NCBI GenBank assembly: GCA_046498225.1
Contig: JAWOBF010000043.1
Span: 1-64,000 of the forward strand
Length of the DNA stretch: 64,000 nt
Direction of reading: 5' to 3'
DNA from: Candidatus Aegiribacteria sp.
GTDB taxonomy: Bacteria > Fermentibacterota > Fermentibacteria > Fermentibacterales > JCC-6
Within the stretch, counting starts at the first letter, position 1. Every line of letters starts with the position of its first letter. A program made the translations under genes and the position numbers. Shown piece after piece: positions 56,670 to 64,000 of the stretch. The notes under the pieces are model-generated. The model saw only the letters and a list, made by a program, of their open reading frames with translations. It searched no databases and was not told the DNA's origin.

Positions 56670-58268
56670 TCAATCCCCTATCCAGATTATTCTGGTCTGG
56701 TTGTCGGGTTCCACCATGTCAAGCATGTCGATATAGGCGGTAACAGCCTCACGCAGAGTCATCTCCGCGGGGACAGCCTGGTGTTCCAGCATTATATCGT
56801 ATCCCACGTTTCCCTGGGCCAGGTATCCGGTGGTGACGAATCTGTATACGCTGTCCGGATGCCAGGGCTCTCCCCCGACAAGGATATTGTCCATTTTCTG
56901 ACCGTCGGGCATGGACTGGTCCCTTGTGGCGGTGAGGCCGCCTATCTCCATGTCCCTTCTCCGGCCCTGCATGCCTGTCTCCAGGATGTCCTTCAGCTGG
57001 GAGCCGGTGAGTTCCATGACGAAAAGCTGCTCCTCGAAGGGAAGGCACTGGTAGATGATTCGGGGAGTGACGGGACCCCTGGGCAGGGCGGCCCTTATTC
57101 CCCCCCGGTTCATAAGGGCGACGTCGGCATCCGTGCTCCAGAGCATGGCATCGGCCACCAGCCTTCCCATGGGATGCTCGGCCCCTCCCCTGGGTATCTC
57201 GTCCAGGGCCTCACCGATGACCTGGTCCATGCCGGCTTCGGCCACCGACCTGAATTCCTCTATCATTCGGGCCACTTCCGGGTCGGGCCAGAACTGGTCA
57301 TGCAGAAGACTGATATACTCCTCGCCCTCCGGCAGGTCGTAGCCGACCAGGGTCCCGCTGTCGGTATCAATGGCCAGCCTTATCCGCCCTATGCCTGTGC
57401 CGTTGGCGTAACCCTGAACTACTACGGTGTGGCTTACCGGGCTCACCCATGGCTCCGCGAACCCCACGTGGAAATGACCGGAGACGATAAGGTCGATGCC
57501 CTGGACAAGGCAGGTGAGTTCGGCGTTGTTCATGGAGAAGTCCTTGGTGTACTCCTCCCCCTCCCTCCATGCGTCGAAGACCCTCTGGAGGTAGCGGTCC
57601 GGGTCCGACGGCTGGCCCAGGTGGGAGACGAGTATGATGATGTCGGCACCCAGTTCGGTGACCTCGCTGACGTATCTCTCGGCGGTCTCCACCTCGTTCA
57701 GGAACACATAATCGCCCAGGAGCTCGGGGGTTACCAGGCCGTAGGTGTCAGGTGTGTTGAGCCCTATGAACGCTACTTTCGCGCCGTCGTACTCCCTTAT
57801 CTCGTAGGGAACGACCGGGTCCGGTATCTCCCCGGTGGAAGCATTTACGAAGTTCGCGCAGACAACGGGGAACTCCGCCTGCTCGCACAGTTCCAGGGCA
57901 TTGTCGGTCCCGTCGTCCAGATCATGGTTCCCCAGGGTCATCATGTCGTAACCGGCGGCGTTCATCCATTCCATCACGAACTCCCCACCCTCGTAGTTCC
58001 CGGTGGGGGTGCCCTGGTATATGTCTCCCGCGTCGATGAGAAGGACGTATTCTCCATTCTCCCGGCATTCCCGCCTTACATCGTTCACGTAGGCGCTTAT
58101 GTAGGCCCCGCCGCCTATCATGGGGGGAAAGTCCGGGTTGAGAAAACTGGCCTTCTGAGGCACTATCCCTCCGTGCATATCGTTGGTGTGAAGTATATTG
58201 AGGTATATTATCTCTCCCGACGCCCCGAAGGCCAGCACAAGCGACAGGATGGGAAGCAGTAGTCTCAC
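56670..58268 (-). CDS. Exported 5'-nucleotidase / bifunctional metallophosphoesterase
   Basis: Signal peptide; HTNDMHG, DAGD, GNHD, SHLG, GHFH; C-domain NRGGIR, LPF. Confidence 0.92.
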   Translation of the reverse strand: MRLLLPILSLVLAFGASGEIIYLNILHTNDMHGGIVPQKASFLNPDFPPMIGGGAYISAYVNDVRRECRENGEYVLLIDAGDIYQGTPTGNYEGGEFVMEWMNAAGYDMMTLGNHDLDDGTDNALELCEQAEFPVVCANFVNASTGEIPDPVVPYEIREYDGAKVAFIGLNTPDTYGLVTPELLGDYVFLNEVETAERYVSEVTELGADIIILVSHLGQPSDPDRYLQRVFDAWREGEEYTKDFSMNNAELTCLVQGIDLIVSGHFHVGFAEPWVSPVSHTVVVQGYANGTGIGRIRLAIDTDSGTLVGYDLPEGEEYISLLHDQFWPDPEVARMIEEFRSVAEAGMDQVIGEALDEIPRGGAEHPMGRLVADAMLWSTDADVALMNRGGIRAALPRGPVTPRIIYQCLPFEEQLFVMELTGSQLKDILETGMQGRRRDMEIGGLTATRDQSMPDGQKMDNILVGGEPWHPDSVYRFVTTGYLAQGNVGYDIMLEHQAVPAEMTLREAVTAYIDMLDMVEPDNQTRIIWIGD

Positions 58269-58282
58269 TTTATTCCCCCCGC

Positions 58283-59515
58283 CTACAGCTGGAACGCCCG
58301 GCTGATGGAGAGCATCAGCCTGGTTTCGGTTTCCTCCACGGTGAGGCTGTCACCCGGAGTGAATGAGGGAAGCCCGGTGACCTCCGTCTGCCGCCATCTG
58401 TCAGGCGAGAAGCTGGCCCCCAGGTCCAGGTCCCACTCCTCGAACTGGAAGCCGAGACCGGTGGTGAAGCTCATCCTGTCAAGCGAAGCGGCTATGGGAG
58501 AACGCCGGTAGCTGAAGCCGAACCTCGCGGTGGGTCCTCCCGGCAGTGAGTTCTCCACCCCGGCGCTGATGCCCCAGGAATTGTGAAGCCCCAGGCTTGT
58601 CCCCTGGAATTCAAGTGAGCTCTCGTTGCTCCAGTGGAACTCCCCGGTGACCCTGGACCTCAGGATATTGCCGGGCACGTAGAGGGCGCCCAGCCTCGCG
58701 GTCATCGGCATGTCAAGGTCGTAATCGTCGTCGGACAGGGTGTTCCAGTCTACAGGGTCACCGCTGTTCTCCGGCGAGACCGAGAGTTCCATGGGATACT
58801 CCAGGCCGGCGCTGACGAAAACCCTCCGGTGGGGTCTGAACAGCACCGAACCCCTGGTCACGATACCGGACATGGACTCCTCGCGTCCGGCCAGTGTCCC
58901 GATCTGGGTCGGGTCAACGTTTGTAACCTCCCAGGTCACATTCCTGCTCCCGGTCAGGTAGCCGCCCGCCAGTCCGAAGGAGAAGTTATCGGAGGGGATG
59001 AAAGCCACCGCCAGGTCGAACTCGCTCAGCTGACCCGAGACATCCAGAAGTTCCTCCCCGGTCCTGACGTAGGAGGCGTCCCTGATGACGCGGCCGTAAT
59101 CGTAGTCGAAGAGGCAGGGGACCCTGAAACCCGCCGCGAAGGCCAGGGATCCCGGCATGCCGCCGGCTCCCCGAAGAGCGGCGGCCGCCCCTCCGGGAAA
59201 GAACCCCAGCTCCTTGTTGAAGGCGATCTCAGACTCTCCTATGGAACTCTCGAACTGGTCGTAGACCCGTCTGGTGCGCTTTTCCACGAAGAAATCCATA
59301 CCTGCGGACAGCTCCATCAGCAGGCCGTCATCAGATATTCCCAGAAGGGCGGGGTTCTCCAGTATGCCCAGGGCCGAGGCCTCCATGAAACCGGACGCTC
59401 CCATTCCCAGCGAAGCCGCCGACTGGGAACCCGAAGGCTCCCCCAGCCACATCACTTCCGGCAGCCCGGCCGTTACCGTCATTAGCGAAATCATTCCTGC
59501 TGCGATAATGCTCAT
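58283..59515 (-). CDS. Outer-membrane beta-barrel, FadL/PorV-like
   Basis: N-terminal SAASLGMG...ENPALL hatch-like motif; amphipathic strands; ends SISRAFQL. Confidence 0.65.
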   Translation of the reverse strand: MSIIAAGMISLMTVTAGLPEVMWLGEPSGSQSAASLGMGASGFMEASALGILENPALLGISDDGLLMELSAGMDFFVEKRTRRVYDQFESSIGESEIAFNKELGFFPGGAAAALRGAGGMPGSLAFAAGFRVPCLFDYDYGRVIRDASYVRTGEELLDVSGQLSEFDLAVAFIPSDNFSFGLAGGYLTGSRNVTWEVTNVDPTQIGTLAGREESMSGIVTRGSVLFRPHRRVFVSAGLEYPMELSVSPENSGDPVDWNTLSDDDYDLDMPMTARLGALYVPGNILRSRVTGEFHWSNESSLEFQGTSLGLHNSWGISAGVENSLPGGPTARFGFSYRRSPIAASLDRMSFTTGLGFQFEEWDLDLGASFSPDRWRQTEVTGLPSFTPGDSLTVEETETRLMLSISRAFQL

Positions 59516-59527
59516 TGTTCCTCCACC

Positions 59528-61957
59528 CTACCAGCGGAAATCCAGCTGACAGCGGATCCCGTATTCCGTAGCATGATCGATGAAATCCCTTACCGGGCTG
59601 CCCGGGTCTCCCTCGTAGTAGAAGCTGTCGTCCGGGTCGGGCCTGTACAGCCCGGTTCTGGGATAGAAAGTGTCTTTGCGAAGCACCCTCAGCCTTAGCT
59701 GCAGGTTGTCCGATAGGTTGTTCTTCACGGTCACGTAGAACTTCGTGCCGTCCCCGTCAAGGAAATCTATTCCGGTATCCTCGAATTCCCACTGGCTCAT
59801 TCCGTCGGTGGACCACAGGGTGGACCCGCCCAGTACGGACAGGTTCCGGCTGAAGTTGTGCTCCCACCTTACGGCCACGTAGCCCCCGGTCATCAGCCTG
59901 TCGTCCCCGTAGAGAGGGTTGGGGGTCAGCTCCACCATCCCGTACCTCAGCCGCACATCGAAATAGTCGCTGTTCGTGGGAAGGAAGAACGTCCTGAAGG
60001 TGTACTCGGTGGTGCGTGAGGTGGTAGGCACCACGTCATGCATCTTGGTCTTCTCCTGGTACTTGTACTTCAGCCTGAACCTGACGGTGAAGTCGGGTCT
60101 GTACTCAACCTCGCCCTGCAGCCTGTGGTTGTCGAAACCGTAGGGGAGCGACCTCCACATGTCCAGGTATACCCTGGTGAACGTAATGCTCCTGCTCACC
60201 TGGAACCGGCTCTCCAGGTAGAGGCCCTCCTCGGGTTTAGGCGTGGGCCACTGGGCCAGCTGGGACGCCAGGGGGTCGTTCAGGTAGTAGGGTTTCTCGA
60301 AGATGGTGTCGTCGTAGCGGAGCTGTTCGGCGAAGCCGCGGTTGTAGGGATTATTGAAACCCAGGTCGTAGCGGCGCCATATGCCAAGGAGGTAGAAGTA
60401 GTCATTCTGCCATCTGCCCCTGGCCAGCGCGGCCATGGCGTCGTTGTCCTGTCGGACGACTTCGCCCTCCAGGCTGACGTTGTCGATGATGGTCTGGGCG
60501 GACAGGCCGAGGAAGGAGGCGGATTCCCCCGCCTCCAGGATATCGTACTCCGGGCAGTCCCAGTTCTGGGCATCCCCGGGAATGTCCATGACGGCCGCGT
60601 CCGGCACCAGCGAATCGCTGTAGTTCACGCTCATCGCTCCCAGTCCGATGGCGGTGCCGTAGGGAAGGAATCCTCCGAAGTCGTAAAAGCCGTATCCTCC
60701 GTAGGTGGTCTCCTTCAGGACGTCCGCGTAGGGAGTTGTCCTGGTGGAGGACATGACCGGAATGCTGGGTGTGCCGTCAAGCGCGGTTATGGCGTCCCGG
60801 GAGGCATTGGAGTAGAAACCGTAACCGAGGAAGGGTCCGCTCTGGAATTCGAGGGCTCCTCCCAGCAGGGCGAACTGCCTCGTGGACGTAAGGTCCGGGT
60901 AGAGGCCCCAGTTACGGTATGTGGACCTGTACATCATCTCATCCGTATTGTCCACCAGCAGGCCCTGTCCCAGCGAGAGGTGGTAGTTGCCCAGGACCAC
61001 CTGCCTTACCGCCCCTATGTTCTCGATGGAGGCGAACCCCTTGGCCACGTCGAACCGGTCGTTGAGGTCTCCCAGTTCCAGGTCGTTGACCAGCCCGAAA
61101 CCGGACGTGGAATTCCTGCCTCGGGACAGCCTGGCGCCGCCCCGGAACCGGTCCCCGAGACCCACTCTCACCCGGTGTTCCCATCCAATGGTGTTCTGCG
61201 CCTGAAGAAGCTCCTGGTACTGGTCCTGAACCCTTCCGGCCCAGGCGATGCTGTCGGATTCGGTATAGCCGCGGCCGTCGAGAATGTCGTACTCCGCGGA
61301 CCGGAGTTCTCCCAGCATGGCCGAGAGTCCCTCCTCGTCGTACAGCCTTCCGTCGCCGCCGTCCACGACTATCCTGTAACTGCCGAAGAATTCCATGGAG
61401 GTGAGGTCCAGCTGCCTGGTGGAGACGAAATCCCTCATGTTCCGGTAACCGTAGTAGGTGAGGTTGTCCACGCTCCTGAGCGAAGTGACGCTGGAGACGG
61501 GACCGAGGACCTTGAGCCTTCGCTCCACCGCCACGGCGTCAACCAGGCTCACCCTGTCCAGGCTGCGAAGCTGCCAGGACGTGGCGGAGTTGACCGGAAT
61601 GGGCCTGATGAGATAGTTCTCCCACATGTCCACCGCCGCGTCCCCGGGTCCGTCCTCTGTGGCCAGCCTCTCCATGATGCTGATCACCTCGGTGGAGATG
61701 CTGCCCTCGGCAGGGGGTACGACCACGCAGTTGTTCTTCAGATAATCCAGCTCCCGCGGTCCGAAACCGGGAATTTCCATCACGTCGTAGATACTGCGCA
61801 GTCCCCCCGTCTCGAAGATGAACATGTAAAGGTCTTCCACCTGTCCTGCGTCCAGCTCCTCCAGTTCCCGCAGCTCCTCCAGGCTGGCGGTGTTGAGGTC
61901 GAATCCTCCGGGAACGGAGAGACCGATGCAGGCGGCCAGTATGAAACTAGAAATCAT
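59528..61957 (-). CDS. ComEA-type helix-hairpin-helix protein fused to a large outer-membrane beta-barrel
   Basis: FDLNTASLEEL and IPVNSATSWQLRSL HhH units; GNYHLSLGQGL; C-terminal QLDFRW beta-signal. Confidence 0.78.
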   Translation of the reverse strand: MISSFILAACIGLSVPGGFDLNTASLEELRELEELDAGQVEDLYMFIFETGGLRSIYDVMEIPGFGPRELDYLKNNCVVVPPAEGSISTEVISIMERLATEDGPGDAAVDMWENYLIRPIPVNSATSWQLRSLDRVSLVDAVAVERRLKVLGPVSSVTSLRSVDNLTYYGYRNMRDFVSTRQLDLTSMEFFGSYRIVVDGGDGRLYDEEGLSAMLGELRSAEYDILDGRGYTESDSIAWAGRVQDQYQELLQAQNTIGWEHRVRVGLGDRFRGGARLSRGRNSTSGFGLVNDLELGDLNDRFDVAKGFASIENIGAVRQVVLGNYHLSLGQGLLVDNTDEMMYRSTYRNWGLYPDLTSTRQFALLGGALEFQSGPFLGYGFYSNASRDAITALDGTPSIPVMSSTRTTPYADVLKETTYGGYGFYDFGGFLPYGTAIGLGAMSVNYSDSLVPDAAVMDIPGDAQNWDCPEYDILEAGESASFLGLSAQTIIDNVSLEGEVVRQDNDAMAALARGRWQNDYFYLLGIWRRYDLGFNNPYNRGFAEQLRYDDTIFEKPYYLNDPLASQLAQWPTPKPEEGLYLESRFQVSRSITFTRVYLDMWRSLPYGFDNHRLQGEVEYRPDFTVRFRLKYKYQEKTKMHDVVPTTSRTTEYTFRTFFLPTNSDYFDVRLRYGMVELTPNPLYGDDRLMTGGYVAVRWEHNFSRNLSVLGGSTLWSTDGMSQWEFEDTGIDFLDGDGTKFYVTVKNNLSDNLQLRLRVLRKDTFYPRTGLYRPDPDDSFYYEGDPGSPVRDFIDHATEYGIRCQLDFRW

Positions 61958-62777
61958 ATGTCACCCCGAACTGGTGGGTAAGGTCCAGCTTTGGATGGCT
62001 GATAACGGCGTAATCCAGCTGAATGCCGCTTACCGTCGTCCCGAGGCCGCCGGATACGGTCACCGGGCTGCTCTGTACCCCCGCCATCAGCGTCATCGCC
62101 CCGAGGGGAAGGGACTGGCCCGCGTGCAGCCTCGTCCCGTTGAAGTCCCGGGAGAGGGTGACGGCGGACATCATGCCACTGGAAGGTTCGTAGCGGAGCC
62201 CGGCGTCTATCCTCCTCTTCATATACTCGCCGCTCTCCCCCACCCTGGCCTGGAAGGGGTTCCTCATGGAAGCCGCCAGAAGCCATCTGCCGTACATCCT
62301 CACCTGGAACCCGGTATTCACAGCGAAGGCGGTGGCGCTTCCGTACTCGGACACCCCCTCGGCGATCTCGGCCCTGCATATTACCGGCTGCACTCCGAAG
62401 GACATGTCATCGGTGAGCATGCCGGCAAAGGTAACCGCCGCCATCTGTTCGCCGTAGAGGTCTCCTCCGAAACTGCGCAGGCTCAGCCCGGCGCTCCATT
62501 CGCCGGCCAGGGGCAGGGCTCCGTCCAGGCCGTAGGTCCCGAAATCCAGGTTGGAGAATGGAAGTCTTCCGGAGATGACGGCCGCTGTCCCCTCCATCCC
62601 GGCGATGGAAGCGGGGTTGAACAGCACCGAACCCGGGCCGGTAAGGACGACGCCGGTGCCCCCCATGGCCTGGGATGCAACTCCTATCTCCAGCTCCTCG
62701 AAGGAAGCGGCGGCCTGTCCCAGCGTGACGAACAGAACCAGAAACGCTACTGTAGTCTTGATTCGCATATGTGACAC
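61947..62777 (-). CDS. PorV/PorQ-like outer-membrane barrel
   Basis: Signal peptide; ASQAMGG..FNPASIA; LDYA..HP.L..THQFGVTYDF C-terminus. Confidence 0.7.
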   Translation of the reverse strand: MSHMRIKTTVAFLVLFVTLGQAAASFEELEIGVASQAMGGTGVVLTGPGSVLFNPASIAGMEGTAAVISGRLPFSNLDFGTYGLDGALPLAGEWSAGLSLRSFGGDLYGEQMAAVTFAGMLTDDMSFGVQPVICRAEIAEGVSEYGSATAFAVNTGFQVRMYGRWLLAASMRNPFQARVGESGEYMKRRIDAGLRYEPSSGMMSAVTLSRDFNGTRLHAGQSLPLGAMTLMAGVQSSPVTVSGGLGTTVSGIQLDYAVISHPKLDLTHQFGVTYDF

Positions 62778-62778
62778 C

Positions 62779-63798
62779 TCAATTCAGCGGAGCGGCCACC
62801 ACGACGGTCTCGGTGGTGGTATAACGCTTGCCTTCGGAATCCATACCCTCCAGGAGCACGAGATAGGGACCCATGGGGAGGTAATCCCCCGAATCGTCCG
62901 TCCCGTCCCACTGGACCACGTCCCCCGCCGGTCTGGAATCGGCCAGAATCGCCACGTCCCTTCCGGCCCTGTCGAACACGGTAAGAGTGAAGCTCATATC
63001 GGACGGTCCTCCGTACTCCAGGTTCACCGTCTCTCCCAGCACCGGAGCGAAGGGATTCCCGGTAAGGACGGTTAGATGGAATCCGCTGGAAATGGAAGGC
63101 TGATAGACCTGAAGGTCCGACTGGTACCGCGGCAGCAGCTGGTAGCCGCTGTCGTAGGGGGGCTCCGAATCGTACTGTCCCCCGATGCCTTTCATGAACA
63201 GCCTGGTGCCGGCGGTCAGGCCGGCGACACTGATACCGGTGGATCCGCTGACCCTGACGGCTACCGCGTTCTGGCCGTTCCAGACGCTGAAATTGTAGCC
63301 TCCCCCGGCCGATTCCGGATCGCTGGCAACGGTGACCCACTGTCCCTGGGCGCTGTTGCCCAGCGCCAGAAGCTGCCCTTCAACGTCCTCGGTGACACCC
63401 TGGTTGATCCCCAGCTGCAGAGGATCGGGCATTCCCGGAGTATCGATGAAGGTGAAGTCCGAAGGGGTTGCGGGGGAGATCTCCACAAGGCCGTTGTACT
63501 GCTTGATCTCACCCGTTATCCTCCAGCGTTCTCCCGCCGCGATGGGACCGGGGCTGGCGGACTCGTAGGCGTAGACGTTGATTCCGGCGGTCTCGTCCTG
63601 AACGTAGAAGCTCAATCCCGTTTCGGAGAAGAGAGTGCCCTCGCAGGTGGCCGTTCCTTCGATGGTGAGGATCTCGCCCAGGTGGTCCGGGATGCCGTCA
63701 CCGTCAAGGTCCTCCCGGGCCTCCAGAATAGTAACGGTCTGGGCTCCGGACAACGAGACGAAAAGTGTCAGGACCAGGACCGGGAAACTGTTTTTCAT
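62779..63798 (-). CDS. Secreted tandem OB-fold protein with C-terminal FlgD/T9SS-like domain
   Basis: Signal peptide; FYVQDETAGINVY..GE..ITGEIKQYNGLVEI; second OB ending YQLLPR..DL; NPFAP..VFDRAGR..WDGTD..MGPY. Confidence 0.75.
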   Translation of the reverse strand: MKNSFPVLVLTLFVSLSGAQTVTILEAREDLDGDGIPDHLGEILTIEGTATCEGTLFSETGLSFYVQDETAGINVYAYESASPGPIAAGERWRITGEIKQYNGLVEISPATPSDFTFIDTPGMPDPLQLGINQGVTEDVEGQLLALGNSAQGQWVTVASDPESAGGGYNFSVWNGQNAVAVRVSGSTGISVAGLTAGTRLFMKGIGGQYDSEPPYDSGYQLLPRYQSDLQVYQPSISSGFHLTVLTGNPFAPVLGETVNLEYGGPSDMSFTLTVFDRAGRDVAILADSRPAGDVVQWDGTDDSGDYLPMGPYLVLLEGMDSEGKRYTTTETVVVAAPLN

Positions 63799-63825
63799 CG
63801 TCTCCCCTTTCTTGATTGCTTGAAT

Positions 63826-64000
63826 TCAGTCGAGCTCGGATTCCAGCTCGGCGTCCGCGAGCCTCGCGGCCCTCTCCAGAGCCTCCTCCGCGCTCATTCT
63901 TCCGTATATCGCTATCTCGACGGCCTCGGAGAGGAACATCCTTCCATCGTACCAGAACGTTCCCTGGGGCTCGAACTGGGCGTATTCCACCTGAAGCATC
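63826..64000 (-). CDS. ABC transporter solute-binding protein, UgpB/sugar-type (C-terminal fragment)
   Basis: Manual translation ..QVEYAQFEPQGTFWYDGRMFLSEAVEIAIYGRMSAEEALERAARLADAELESELD*; typical CUT1 SBP C-terminal helices; 5' part off window. Confidence 0.6.
   Translation of the reverse strand, partial: MLQVEYAQFEPQGTFWYDGRMFLSEAVEIAIYGRMSAEEALERAARLADAELESELD

Noticed and set aside
56781..58262. 493-aa plus-strand ORF
   Set aside because: Antisense shadow of the 5'-nucleotidase
60038..61981. 647-aa plus-strand ORF
   Set aside because: Antisense shadow of the HhH-barrel gene caused by codon bias; no motifs

Overview
GC-rich bacterial chromosomal segment in which almost all genes lie on the minus strand. 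The rplM-rpsI-rpsB-tsf order, Omp85 and PorV-like barrels and FlgD/T9SS-like C-terminal domains suggest a diderm anaerobe of the FCB superphylum (inference; Ca. Fermentibacterota-like). Core clusters: rplM-rpsI-rpsB-tsf-pyrH-frr-uppS-cdsA-dxr-rseP; SRP RNA-dnaX-ybaB-recR-pgsA-pgpA-cinA-thpR-recA-recX; and yceD-rpmF-plsX-fabH-fabG-acpP-fabF-rnc, followed by acyl-CoA dehydrogenase, etfB and a ferredoxin-fused etfA. There are three tRNAs (Ala-CGC, Ser-GGA, Ser-TGA) and a large, Alu-containing SRP RNA. The best candidate for an undescribed system is the tightly packed operon at 56.7-64 kb: ABC solute-binding protein, secreted tandem OB-fold protein with a sorting-type C-terminal domain, PorV-like barrel, ComEA-type HhH-barrel fusion, FadL/PorV-like barrel and 5'-nucleotidase. 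It reads as an extracellular nucleic-acid capture and scavenging locus. Other oddities: a P-type ATPase with PQAL in place of PEGL, a membrane-anchored PP2C pseudophosphatase, a TPR/acidic-linker/AIM24-like protein between two tRNAs, a sAC-like STAND cyclase with no visible adenine-specifying Lys, and an ino1 plus PIP-synthase-like pair. No transposase, integrase, prophage or CRISPR array was seen. All family assignments come from motif recognition by eye; no database search was run.
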